Assembly (NCBI GenBank): GCA_965219455.1
Contig: OZ244744.1
Location: 1,856,001 to 1,920,000 of the forward strand
DNA: 64,000 bases
Reading direction: 5' to 3'
From: Candidatus Latescibacterota bacterium
GTDB taxonomy: Bacteria > Latescibacterota > UBA2968 > GCA-2709665
Shown one piece after another: positions 51,286-60,792 of this stretch (positions are counted from its first letter, which is position 1; each line of letters opens with the position of its first letter). The position numbers were made by a program, and so were the translations under genes. The notes below the pieces were generated by a model, which did not search any database, was not told the origin of the DNA, and saw only the letters and a list, made by a program, of their open reading frames with translations.

Positions 51286-51497
51286 GGTTTACAATCTTTC
51301 ATATATATTGGAATTTTGTAAACCACTATTCGAACTCCTCATGCAGCAGTCGGTTTTGAGAATCGTAGCGGCACGATCCACAATATATTAGGTAGGACTG
51401 AAACTGAGTAACGAAATATTGGCTTCCGGTGCTCTCGGCGACTGCCGTTTCTGAAATTTACAATTTGATTGATTTTTCCACAATATATAAATCAAAT
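51286..51497. promoter_or_regulatory. AT-rich divergent promoter with operator-like repeats
   Basis: Inverted GGTTTACAA (51286-51294)/TTGTAAACC (51316-51324); direct TCCACAATATAT at 51377 and 51477; inverted ATTTGATT (51463)/AATCAAAT (51490). Confidence 0.55.
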
Positions 51498-51551
51498 GAC
51501 CAGAAAGTCCACTGTCTTGGAAACTGACCACATAAATGAAAGGATTTTACA

Positions 51552-52799
51552 ATGAACCCCAAGGCAAATTCAATCCATCTCACCGAGCCATTGGATATCC
51601 TATTGGCCGATGTGGCAATTCGCGTCCAACTCAGCCGGTCCGACTACGATAGGGCCGTTGGCAGATACAATACCATAAACGAATGGATTGAGCGCGAGGA
51701 CAGTGCGCTCAAGGATAAAGTTCATTTGTTCTATCCGCAAGGATCAATGGCCGTCGGCGCAACAATCGCATCGAAACTCCAGACCGATGAATTCGACATT
51801 GACATTGTGGCACAACTCAATTTGCCCTCGCAAATATCGCCCAATATCCCGTTAGATCTCCTGTTCGAAGCGATAAAAGGAAAATCGGGCTCCCGTTACT
51901 ACGAGATGACAAAGAGAAGAACTCGATGCGTTACCGTTGATTACAGCGACGACATGCACATCGATGTTACACCATTAATTCGCAGACCGGGAACCCCTGA
52001 GCGTGAGAGCTGGCTCTTCCACGATCGGCCGGAAGAACCGGCAGTGCCGAGCAGGAAGCTTATCGCCAATCCGTATGGCTTTGCAGAGTGGTTTAACACC
52101 TATACACCTGCAGACCAGGATTTCGCCGATGTGTTCGAAAGACGTGCGGCCGATTTTGAGCAGTCGATACTGGCGGAAAGGGCAGATAGCGAACCTGTCC
52201 AGCCACAAGAACCGCCATTCAGAAAGTCGAAGGCGGTGATCGTTCTTCAACTCTTAAAGCGTTGGCGCAACGTACAATACGATGCGCGCCCGGGGCGACG
52301 ACCGCCTTCGATACTGATTGCGAAGTTGGTAGCCGATGCGGCTAATCATACCAAAAGCCTGTCGGAGGAGCTGCTCTTTCAGGCGAAGCACATACTTTAT
52401 GAGTTCCAACGTTGGCAAGACGGTGGGCAAAGTATCCGCATCGTAAACCCCGTGTGCGATAAGGATGTCTTGACTGATCGGTGGCCGGAAACTTTGAAAG
52501 ACCAAAACGTCTTCATTCGCGATCTCGAACATCTGGTTAAACAGATTGAGGTATTGGTCAAGGGAGTTGACCTTGGCAAAATGAGGGAGGTTATGGTGGG
52601 ACTGTTCGGCGAAACGCCAACGATGGATGCATTCCGGGCATTCAGTGAGCGGGTGGGCGATCGGATTCGAACGGGTGAGAGCCGACACCTGCCTGGGACC
52701 GGCCGGTTAGTCGTTCCAGTAAGCCTTTCGGATGCGACACACCGATACTCCCGAAAAACCCAAAGGCATACCTTTTATGGCGAAGAGGAGCCCATTTAA
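51552..52799 (+). CDS. CBASS cGAS/DncV-like nucleotidyltransferase (CD-NTase)
   Basis: QGS..GATI, DEFDIDIV, HIDVTP, NPYGFAEWF, QLLKRWRN, C-terminal HTFYG tail. Confidence 0.9.
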   Translation: MNPKANSIHLTEPLDILLADVAIRVQLSRSDYDRAVGRYNTINEWIEREDSALKDKVHLFYPQGSMAVGATIASKLQTDEFDIDIVAQLNLPSQISPNIPLDLLFEAIKGKSGSRYYEMTKRRTRCVTVDYSDDMHIDVTPLIRRPGTPERESWLFHDRPEEPAVPSRKLIANPYGFAEWFNTYTPADQDFADVFERRAADFEQSILAERADSEPVQPQEPPFRKSKAVIVLQLLKRWRNVQYDARPGRRPPSILIAKLVADAANHTKSLSEELLFQAKHILYEFQRWQDGGQSIRIVNPVCDKDVLTDRWPETLKDQNVFIRDLEHLVKQIEVLVKGVDLGKMREVMVGLFGETPTMDAFRAFSERVGDRIRTGESRHLPGTGRLVVPVSLSDATHRYSRKTQRHTFYGEEEPI

Positions 52800-53252
52800 A
52801 TGGCGCTGTCGATTTGGCAACAAGCCCAAGACATGCGGCGATCATGGCCGGATTTTCGGGTACTCAAACGAGGCCATTGGAAAATATGCTGGGAAGGACG
52901 CCTCACACCATTCGAACAAGCTTATATTGTTCAGGTCTGCCTCCGTCGTCAACGAAAAAGTAAGGATGGACCTCTCAAAACGCCGGGAATTCCGTGCGTG
53001 ACCGTAGTTGAGCCGCTATTGCGCCGGCGTGACGATAATCCCCGCGAAAACATCCCGCACAAATTTCACAATCAAGAATGCCCTGAGATGCCCTTCCTCT
53101 GCCTTTATTATCCAGATGGTCGTGAATGGACCCCTCGACAATCAGTCGCCCATACAATCGTTCCCTGGACGATAGATTGGCTGGCCTGTTACGAGGGCTG
53201 GCTTGCAACCGGCAAATGGATGGGTGGTGGTCGCCATCCCGAAGGTAATTAG
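52800..53252 (+). CDS. CBASS-associated stand-alone E2-like protein
   Basis: WEGRLTP, IPH, LCLYYP, IVPW..DWL..YEGWLATGKW.GGG.H; abuts the CD-NTase stop. Confidence 0.8.
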   Translation: MALSIWQQAQDMRRSWPDFRVLKRGHWKICWEGRLTPFEQAYIVQVCLRRQRKSKDGPLKTPGIPCVTVVEPLLRRRDDNPRENIPHKFHNQECPEMPFLCLYYPDGREWTPRQSVAHTIVPWTIDWLACYEGWLATGKWMGGGRHPEGN

Positions 53253-53260
53253 ATCCAATA

Positions 53261-54322
53261 ATGTCAAATATCAACGCGGAATCACCCGAAAAAAGATCAT
53301 CTGGCACGCTTGAGCACCGTCGGCTCCGACTTTCATGGCCGAAAGACAGGGAGTTTCGCATTCTTGCCATTGACGGGGGCGGTATTCGTGGAATCTTCCC
53401 CGCTACATTCCTGGCAGGACTTGAGGAACGCTATCTCGGCGGGGACTCAATCGCCGGATATTTCGACCTGGTCGCAGGAACCTCGACTGGTGGTATTATT
53501 GCCCTCGGGCTCGCCGCTGGACTTACAGCGGCCGACCTTCGAGACCTGTATGTTGAACGCGGATGTGAAATATTCCCTCCAATTCCAAACAACCCTGCTG
53601 GCTGGTTAGAACGCGCCCGTAGATACGTGGGCTGTCTCTTCAAATACCGCTACGACCGCGAAGCACTCATGCGAATTCTGAGCGACACTTTCGGAAGCCG
53701 AAAATTCGGTGAGGCGCAAACACGCCTTTGTATACCATCCTTCGACGGCCGATACGGTGAAGTCTACATATTCAAAACACCCCATCACCCCGATTTTAAA
53801 AATGACTCTGCTGAGTTAATGACGAAAGTTGCCGCAGCGACATCGGCCGCGCCTACATTCTTTCGACCATTAGAAGACCGCGGCTATGCGTTTGTTGACG
53901 GAGGGGTCTGGGCAAACAACCCGATTATGGTAGCGTTGGTTGACGCTTTATCGTGCTTTTCTGTGAGACGTGAGCAAATTCGCATTTTGAGTTTGGGCTG
54001 CGGGGATGACCAATATTTGGTCGGAAAATCGAAGATTAAAGGTGGGCTATGGGCTTGGCATGATATCATATATGCCGCCATGCGTCTCCAGTCTCTCAAC
54101 GCTCTTGGTCAGGCTGGACTTCTGATTGGCAGAGATAAGATTATCAGAGTTGATACGCCTATGCCTGCCAAGAAAATCCGTCTCGACGATTGGAGTGGTG
54201 CGGTGACCGTGCTGCCAGATGCTGCAAGAGCAGCCCTCGGCAAGTTTGGAGAGACAGTGGCATCGTCATTTCTGATGGAGCCCGCGGTCCCGTATCGACC
54301 AGTTGCACACGTGATCTCTTAA
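53261..54322 (+). CDS. CBASS patatin-like phospholipase effector
   Basis: DGGGIRG, GTSTG, SAAPTFF, DGGVWANNP all intact. Confidence 0.9.
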   Translation: MSNINAESPEKRSSGTLEHRRLRLSWPKDREFRILAIDGGGIRGIFPATFLAGLEERYLGGDSIAGYFDLVAGTSTGGIIALGLAAGLTAADLRDLYVERGCEIFPPIPNNPAGWLERARRYVGCLFKYRYDREALMRILSDTFGSRKFGEAQTRLCIPSFDGRYGEVYIFKTPHHPDFKNDSAELMTKVAAATSAAPTFFRPLEDRGYAFVDGGVWANNPIMVALVDALSCFSVRREQIRILSLGCGDDQYLVGKSKIKGGLWAWHDIIYAAMRLQSLNALGQAGLLIGRDKIIRVDTPMPAKKIRLDDWSGAVTVLPDAARAALGKFGETVASSFLMEPAVPYRPVAHVIS

Positions 54323-54351
54323 TGGGCCAGTTCAGTCTCCATGTTGATACA

Positions 54352-57300
54352 TCAAGAAGCATTTCTTGATGCTTGATCTCCAAAAATCCTCAACTGTTGA
54401 CCTTGCGTGAGTTCCCTTGACAATCGCGCAATTTCCGGCCAGCTTTGTACGAGGCCATTGTAGGAGCGGGCTTCATCGGCGCGGTTCTTGCGCTCGCAGA
54501 CAGTGTAGAGCCGATATGCTAATTCACGGGCTGTCTCCGCGAGACCTCCGAGTTGCCGAACCAGCGTTGCGGCGGCGGATTCGCCGCCAGATTCAAGAGC
54601 GTGGACCAGGTAGTGGACCGCCTCCCACACGGTTAACCGTGCGTCGCTGGTTGGATCCCAATCGCCAGCCATCTCATTAGGACGTAGCAGCCGTACCTTG
54701 CCCCCACTGGAGGCGAGAATACCGGCTTCAACGATGCCGTCAATGCTGGTATTTTTCGCCTTGGAAAGGGTCTCCGCCACGCCGTACTCGCCCTCGCCAA
54801 AGCCCTGCTGCTCGAACCACGCCAGTGCCCACCGCGTGTCGGCGTCGAATTCGCCCTCCTGCTCGGCAAGGACCTCGTCGAGTGTCTGATTAATTAACGC
54901 CAAGGCGTCGCCTACGGATACGGGATTGCCCTGTGCGTCGAGTACTCTTGCGTATCGGGTGAACACAGCCATACCGGGTCCGATAGCGGCCTGCGCGAGA
55001 TCGACCGGCGCAATGTTGCCGGATTGGAGTGCGGCTAGAGCACCGGGAAGTTCATTTCTCAAAGCGGCGACGAACTCGCGTCGGGTGGCTAGCGACGCGC
55101 TCTCGGGACGCTTACGGCAGACCAAGACGATGCTGGACGCGAGCGCATTCGTGCCCATTCCGACCATCCGCCGACCCAACTCGGTACGCATCGGCCAGGT
55201 GCCGGTTACGGAGAAGCCTGACTTAATTACCGCGTCCAGGAAAGTCTCCCAGCCGGTGCTGGAAGTCCCGGCTTCACCTTTGGTCTCGGACTGCTTGAAA
55301 GCGTAGTAGATGGTGACTGGAAAGGCCGGACGCGACCGCTCGGCAATGCGGCGCATTGCTTCCGTCATCCCGGCGAGATAAAATTTCTCTGCCTCTTCCT
55401 TGTTCCCATGCCGGTATGGGGTAGCGACCAATTCTTCGGCTTTCGGTACAGCGAGCGTGGCGAACAGGTCGGGATAGATTGAGCGTACCGCGCGGCGCAA
55501 CCAGACGTAAAAGAAGTCGGAGAGATCGGCGTAACCAACATTGTCGTAATAGGGTGGGTCAGTGGAAAAAACTCTTGCAAGCGCAACGCCATGCGATTGG
55601 GCGTCGATTTGTGCCGCGCTACCGGGAACTGTTGGCGCGACTGAAGACAGACCGGAAGTGATCGACACAATGCCACCGTCAAAGTTGCCACTTGAATCTG
55701 AGAGTGGATTGCTTTCCCCGAAATCCCACACCATCGGGATGGCTTGTCTACCGAATGTATTGCGGGCATGCTCACGGAGTGTTGCCCAAGCGCACACCGT
55801 TGAGTTCCGATCTGAAACTTTATCCACGGCGAATGCCAAATACACACCCACCGCCTCCGCGTAAGCCGTTGCGCGGTCACCCCCGTCACGCAGGGGAATA
55901 TCATTATCCGGGGCTGCGGGTGTCATCACCCTTCTAGAATTTTCAGGGAGCGACGCGTCCCCGTAATCGCGTTTAACGCGCTCCATTGCCCTCGCGACGA
56001 GGTCGGAGAAGGTGGTCAGAGCTACGAGTTGGCGGGGGGTAAATAGATCGCGCCATTTTTTCATACCGTACTGCTGAACGCGAAAACCCAGTGCCCGTTC
56101 AGGAAGGTCAGTTTCAGGGGTGTTCTCCGGCGCAGCGCTCAAGGCTATTGCTTCGTGATCTTCAGTCGGTGCGATGTAAACCCGGCCGCGGTCGCCCTCC
56201 GCGACTATCGCCATCAGTTTTTCACCCATTCGACCTTGCTTGGCTTCGGTCCTCAGATAATCGAATGGCATTGGAGTCCCTGACATCAGACAAAGAAAAG
56301 AGCTACCGCTTCCTCCTGATTTGGTGCCCCGCTTTGTCGATTCCGCATCGTTTGGAATCCCCACATTAACCGTAAATCGATATCCCTGTCCTTCGATTGC
56401 CGGTTCGACATACGCCTCCTTCCCCATCTTCGTCGACAACATGAAGGTCGTAGCTAGCGGAACATCCACATCGGCGAATGCCGGGTTTGGACTCTTCACG
56501 GTGCGCGCCCACAGCCACGCGATCACTGTCAACTTCCGGCCCTCATACTGTTTGAGGTCAGGCCGTTCCCGGACCATCTCCGCAGTGACTTCGATCTTGG
56601 GATAGAGATGCCCGATGCGCTTCTCAGCCTCCTCGCGCATCCACCGGCCGTAATAGCGTACGTCCTCTGCGAGGCCCTGAGCGCCAGACCACAATCCTGG
56701 GAGCGCGGACGTCCCGTCCGCATGCCTCTTTCTTACTCCGTCAAGCTCCGTCCCGTCCGCATGATCCTCTGGAACTCCCGCAAGTTCCGCTCCTTCCACA
56801 TTCCTTGCCGCGCTGCTCCAGGGCCATTCGTTTGCCTTCTCGGCAAGTCCCGCTTTCACGGGATTCTGCTCAATGTAGTCTACCACAGTTGATAGATGAT
56901 TTTCATCGCGGATATAACGGTCGAAGTAGTCCTCTTCCCAGACCTGGCCGCTCCGGCCAAGTATTTTGTTAACTTGCTTGGCTGTAAACGATTTCCACGA
57001 ATGAACGACGGCCTCAAGTGGAAAGCCGGGAGTCGTTTCGATCAGCGCATGCACGTGATTGGGCATGATGACCCACGACAGCAAGCGGTAGCGTACGCCG
57101 TCAAAGTGAAGTAGGGCGTCTTCGACTTGAACCGCTATCCGCTCATCTCTTAGCCAGCAGGCTCCATGTCCCTGTCCAGCGTATCGTTCAATTCTCTCAC
57201 GCAACTCCGCGCATCTGGGATCGCTCGTGGCCTCCCTGCCTTTGAGCGCCAATTCGCTCTTCCATGCGGCAATGACATCTGCCGGGACTGAATCAGCAAG

Positions 57301-58014
57301 GCGAAACGTGATGGACTGAATGATGTCAGGTTGATCCAGATGGGGAAGATATCCGCGGCTGTGCCAGGCCTTGTGCGGGCGGGACGCCCGCGCTCCCAGC
57401 AAGGGCTTTTTCGAATGGGATGTACCTGTGCCGAGATACTTGGCCCGGGCTTCCGGGTTGACGGGTGGCCTGCCGGCGAATCTGGGCGGTATTTCGATCA
57501 TGGCCTTATTGATGAGCACAGCCACAGGGTTGAGGTCGCTGGCATGGGCTTCGAGCCCCAGCCGCTGGGCTTCCAGCGGCAGTGCGCCGCCCCCGGCGAA
57601 GGGGTCGTGAAAAGCCGGAAGCTTGTCCGGGTTGAACAGCTCGGTGGCGCGCGGATGTTCCGTATTTTCGGCGCAGGTACGACGCCAGGACTTGCGGATT
57701 TCCGCTCGCGCCTTTTCAAGCACCTGCTCGTTTGTTGTGTTCTTCCAAATCACCAAATCCTTGATGATGTCGAATAGGCGCTCACGTTCCTCTTTCTGAT
57801 CTGCTTGAGTGGGAAACTCCTCAGGCCACGCTGACGGATCGTCCACCATCTGAGCGAATATAACAGCCCGCGCTGCCGCCAGCGGGCGCCGCGCCCACCA
57901 GAGGTGGAGGGTACTGGGGTGCCCATGGCGGATCGACTTTTCACGAGCCGACGCGGCATTAATCGCGTCAAGGGGAAGGGCGACTTCGATGAGTTTTTTT
58001 CGGTGGGTATTCAT
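54352..58014 (-). CDS. DUF1156 adenine-specific DNA methyltransferase with in-frame RAYT insertion
   Basis: [17 protein letters not shown] (motif I), TDPPYYDN (motif IV), WPMRTE; internal Y1 transposase domain. Confidence 0.9.
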   Translation of the reverse strand: MNTHRKKLIEVALPLDAINAASAREKSIRHGHPSTLHLWWARRPLAAARAVIFAQMVDDPSAWPEEFPTQADQKEERERLFDIIKDLVIWKNTTNEQVLEKARAEIRKSWRRTCAENTEHPRATELFNPDKLPAFHDPFAGGGALPLEAQRLGLEAHASDLNPVAVLINKAMIEIPPRFAGRPPVNPEARAKYLGTGTSHSKKPLLGARASRPHKAWHSRGYLPHLDQPDIIQSITFRLADSVPADVIAAWKSELALKGREATSDPRCAELRERIERYAGQGHGACWLRDERIAVQVEDALLHFDGVRYRLLSWVIMPNHVHALIETTPGFPLEAVVHSWKSFTAKQVNKILGRSGQVWEEDYFDRYIRDENHLSTVVDYIEQNPVKAGLAEKANEWPWSSAARNVEGAELAGVPEDHADGTELDGVRKRHADGTSALPGLWSGAQGLAEDVRYYGRWMREEAEKRIGHLYPKIEVTAEMVRERPDLKQYEGRKLTVIAWLWARTVKSPNPAFADVDVPLATTFMLSTKMGKEAYVEPAIEGQGYRFTVNVGIPNDAESTKRGTKSGGSGSSFLCLMSGTPMPFDYLRTEAKQGRMGEKLMAIVAEGDRGRVYIAPTEDHEAIALSAAPENTPETDLPERALGFRVQQYGMKKWRDLFTPRQLVALTTFSDLVARAMERVKRDYGDASLPENSRRVMTPAAPDNDIPLRDGGDRATAYAEAVGVYLAFAVDKVSDRNSTVCAWATLREHARNTFGRQAIPMVWDFGESNPLSDSSGNFDGGIVSITSGLSSVAPTVPGSAAQIDAQSHGVALARVFSTDPPYYDNVGYADLSDFFYVWLRRAVRSIYPDLFATLAVPKAEELVATPYRHGNKEEAEKFYLAGMTEAMRRIAERSRPAFPVTIYYAFKQSETKGEAGTSSTGWETFLDAVIKSGFSVTGTWPMRTELGRRMVGMGTNALASSIVLVCRKRPESASLATRREFVAALRNELPGALAALQSGNIAPVDLAQAAIGPGMAVFTRYARVLDAQGNPVSVGDALALINQTLDEVLAEQEGEFDADTRWALAWFEQQGFGEGEYGVAETLSKAKNTSIDGIVEAGILASSGGKVRLLRPNEMAGDWDPTSDARLTVWEAVHYLVHALESGGESAAATLVRQLGGLAETARELAYRLYTVCERKNRADEARSYNGLVQSWPEIARLSRELTQGQQLRIFGDQASRNAS
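56697..56721 (-). repeat. REP hairpin GCGGAC-GGGAC-GTCCGC-GCTCCCAG
   Basis: Perfect 6-bp stem, tail pointing out of the RAYT cassette. Confidence 0.85.
57375..57399 (+). repeat. REP hairpin GCGGGC-GGGAC-GCCCGC-GCTCCCAG
   Basis: Perfect 6-bp stem, inverted relative to the 56697 copy. Confidence 0.85.
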
Positions 58015-58496
58015 TTAGCGCTCGAACTCCGCAGAAGAGAAATATTCAAAGGGGTTCCGCATCGGATGAGTTTGATTTCGTATTCTTTCCTCCGAAACGA
58101 GATTCGAGACTTTCTGAGCTTATCCCTTTGCGTAATATGCAAACGGCCTCCATAGGCCCCAACCGGAAGGAAATGCGTCTTGTGTTCGTCCGGAATCCGA
58201 GCTTCGGCGACGCCGGATCCAGCCTGTAGCTGGGTTGCCATTTCTGTTGCATCCGGGCTGCCACGTTTTAATTCCAGCGGTACAACCCAGTTGCCCCCAC
58301 CATTGCAGTCGCAACTGATGAACAGAAAATCGCAATGTGTCTTATCCTTCAGGTCGAAATAAGGGTGATCCAAATCCATAACCAGATGCGGCGACGGGGC
58401 GTTTTTCAACGGAACCTTGCAACCCTCTTTCGAGCATCTCTTAACGATGGTCCCTTCAGGAAGTCCATTTTTCAGCTGTTCGACTAAGCCACACAT
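58011..58496 (-). CDS. Small putative PD-(D/E)XK nuclease, partner of upstream ATPase
   Basis: CDFLF...VPLELKRG pattern; coupled to both neighbours. Confidence 0.6.
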   Translation of the reverse strand: MCGLVEQLKNGLPEGTIVKRCSKEGCKVPLKNAPSPHLVMDLDHPYFDLKDKTHCDFLFISCDCNGGGNWVVPLELKRGSPDATEMATQLQAGSGVAEARIPDEHKTHFLPVGAYGGRLHITQRDKLRKSRISFRRKEYEIKLIRCGTPLNISLLRSSSAK

Positions 58497-60037
58497 TACT
58501 CGGTACTACCTGCAATACGGTTACCGATCGTCGCCCAATCATTGTAGAGTTGTCGGCCAACTTCGCTGAAATCACTCTCAAGCCCACCTGCATCAGGATC
58601 GAATCGAATTTCTTCGACGACCGATCCCTTCGGGCGGCGCTTCTGCTTGAACAACCATGCCCCCACCTGCTCGGGACGAAGGGCAAATTCGCCGTGGGGC
58701 ATCTCCTTTCGACGGGACTCGGGAAGTTCGGAGCGTCGCACGATGTTGGCGAGTTCCTCCAAAACCCACTCGCTGTGCGTCGTGACGATTACATTGACGC
58801 CCGCCTTAACAAGCGCGGCGATCTGACGGGTAAATTCGACCTGCATGGCAGGGTGCAGGTGTGACTCGGGTTCTTCGATAATGAGCGTGCAGCCGGGGCT
58901 GACCAGATGGCGAAGAAACATCACTACCGGTGCGATTTCCGATACCATGGAAGAGGCATTCATCAACGGCATCGGATGTTTCCATCCCGATGGCTGGTAG
59001 GTGAAGTGCGGGTAGCTGATCAACTCCGATCTTTCGACCTGAATCGATCCGCCGAGAATCAGATCTTCAATTCGCGCACCCAGATGTTTCCTGGACGTGC
59101 TTTGACGAATTGCCGCGCTGGGCAATACGAGCAAGTTTTGCAGAAAATCACCCAAAACACCCGACAGCATTGGAGTTTCTTCATTGGGACGCAGACCGGC
59201 AGTTGTAGCGTTCTGGATCAACGCACTCACCACCACCTGATGGCTATTCATCACGCCGGTTCGATCGGCGGGGAGATAGAATGCCGCGCGATAAAGGGAA
59301 CCTACAAGGTGCGGAAGAGCGAGTCCAAGCAAATGATTGATTGGCCCCAAGGCTTGTCGATACGAATCCTGGCCCATTTGATCAGCTCTCAAGAACGTAT
59401 TCTTCAGGCGGTCGTAGTACTCAACGAACTCTTTCCTATCGTCGAGTTTAACCCTCAGTTGTTCCACATTAGGCATCGCCGTCACGAATTCTGGTGCATT
59501 GGACTTCAGAATCAGTTCGTGTTCAAACGATGCCGAATCCCTTGAAGTAGATTTCCGTAATACAATCCGCGCACATCGCCTGTTCCCTTTCCGGATAAGT
59601 GCGCTGGCACTGTCGATCCCAAAGCACCTTTCGATTTCACTGTGGAGTTGATCGTTCTGTAACTCAAACATTGAGCAAATTGCCTTGACAATAGGGATGG
59701 GAAGAACAGCTTCTTTTTCGCTCCGGATATCTCCTATCCCGTTCGTCACTTGCTTCAGAAATTCGTTAAGCGCGTTGAGAGTTTCCCTGTCTACAAAGCT
59801 TGGACCGAGATTAAGAAGCCTCTCATAGTTCAAGAAGAACCGCGAAGTGGTCGATCTACCCGTAAAATACACATGCAGCGCATAGATCAACGTTGCCAGA
59901 TAAGATTTCCCAGTATTGCTCGGTCCAATGAATACCGTCAACGGGCGCAGATCGATTTTGGCATTGACGATCGGTCCGAAATCAGCGACTTCGAGTTCAA
60001 GCGAGTCTCGTATGGTTGAATCTTCCATAACTTCCAT
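58496..60037 (-). CDS. ABC/AAA_15/21-type ATPase
   Basis: GPSNTGKS, YLPADR, ASSMV signature, IIEEPESHLHP, TTHS. Confidence 0.88.
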   Translation of the reverse strand: MEVMEDSTIRDSLELEVADFGPIVNAKIDLRPLTVFIGPSNTGKSYLATLIYALHVYFTGRSTTSRFFLNYERLLNLGPSFVDRETLNALNEFLKQVTNGIGDIRSEKEAVLPIPIVKAICSMFELQNDQLHSEIERCFGIDSASALIRKGNRRCARIVLRKSTSRDSASFEHELILKSNAPEFVTAMPNVEQLRVKLDDRKEFVEYYDRLKNTFLRADQMGQDSYRQALGPINHLLGLALPHLVGSLYRAAFYLPADRTGVMNSHQVVVSALIQNATTAGLRPNEETPMLSGVLGDFLQNLLVLPSAAIRQSTSRKHLGARIEDLILGGSIQVERSELISYPHFTYQPSGWKHPMPLMNASSMVSEIAPVVMFLRHLVSPGCTLIIEEPESHLHPAMQVEFTRQIAALVKAGVNVIVTTHSEWVLEELANIVRRSELPESRRKEMPHGEFALRPEQVGAWLFKQKRRPKGSVVEEIRFDPDAGGLESDFSEVGRQLYNDWATIGNRIAGSTE

Positions 60038-60088
60038 CTCCGGTCTGACGACTCACGAGGGCGCTTCTTACGGCCGTTACATTGGGAA

Positions 60089-60537
60089 TCAATTCTCAAC
60101 CCACTCCAATCGCACTTTCAGGTTGTTCAGCCGATTCCAGGGGAGGTGCCATACATGCAGGAGGCTTCCGACGACGATGCCGGGCGCTATGCTCTGCTTA
60201 TTGGCAATGCAGCGTACCTCCGCCATCGCGAATGCGCCTTCGGCGCCGCTACCGGCTACGCTTCCCTGGCCCCGGCTTGTCGGATCTGGTGCAACTGATA
60301 GTCCTTCTCAATATCCAACCAGATATCCGCATCGACCCCCAGCACCCTTTCGAACTGAAGCGCCGTCTTCGGCTCTATGGGGGCTTTCCCCGAGATTATC
60401 TCGCCGATGAGTTTCGCCGAGCGATCGCATCGTCTTGCGAACTCCGCGCGCGAAATATCCTGGGCCGAAAGTCTTTCCGCCAGGACCCAACCAGGGGGAA
60501 CCGCATAGTCGGGGCGGTACTGGTTCGTCGCCATCAC
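60089..60537 (-). pseudogene. HigA-type HTH/ImmA antitoxin with internal deletion
   Basis: 93-aa N-terminal HTH (PDYAVPPG) stops at 60256; the family's typical C-terminus (IAPGIVVG.L.H...LPWNRLNNLKVRLEW) follows in another frame to a stop at 60089; peptidase core absent. Confidence 0.7.
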
Positions 60538-60552
60538 TTCGTCTCCGCCTGC

Positions 60553-60587
60553 GAGGATAGCAAGCCTGTGTCAGGCAGGCTATCCTC
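60553..60587. other. Strong imperfect hairpin upstream of the HigA remnant
   Basis: GAGGATAGC/GCTATCCTC outer stem plus GCCTG/CAGGC inner stem. Confidence 0.5.
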
Positions 60588-60792
60588 ATCGTCAATTCAG
60601 ATCTTGCTTCGATCTCTCCTCAGGATATATCAGATGAACTAAGACGGAAAAAATCTTCGACTCGGACGCGTAGATCGCGAAACCCGTGACTCAGTTCGTC
60701 AGACGCATGGAGACCAACGCGTTCGTTGATGGGTTTGCCTCGGCGCGGGTACTAAGAGATCGGTGAGCTCGATGCGCGCATTGTGAATGCCG

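Larger units (their letters stand above)
56692..57450 (-). mobile_element. REP-flanked REP-associated tyrosine transposase (RAYT/Y1 HUH) cassette translated in frame within the methylase
   Basis: [25 protein letters not shown] (HUH), [35 protein letters not shown]; inverted REPs at 56697-56721 and 57375-57399. Confidence 0.88.

Noticed and set aside
56692-57450. Intein interpretation of the methylase insertion
   Set aside because: There is no N-terminal Cys/Ser splicing block, no His-Asn before Cys/Ser/Thr and no LAGLIDADG; the insert is a Y1 HUH domain
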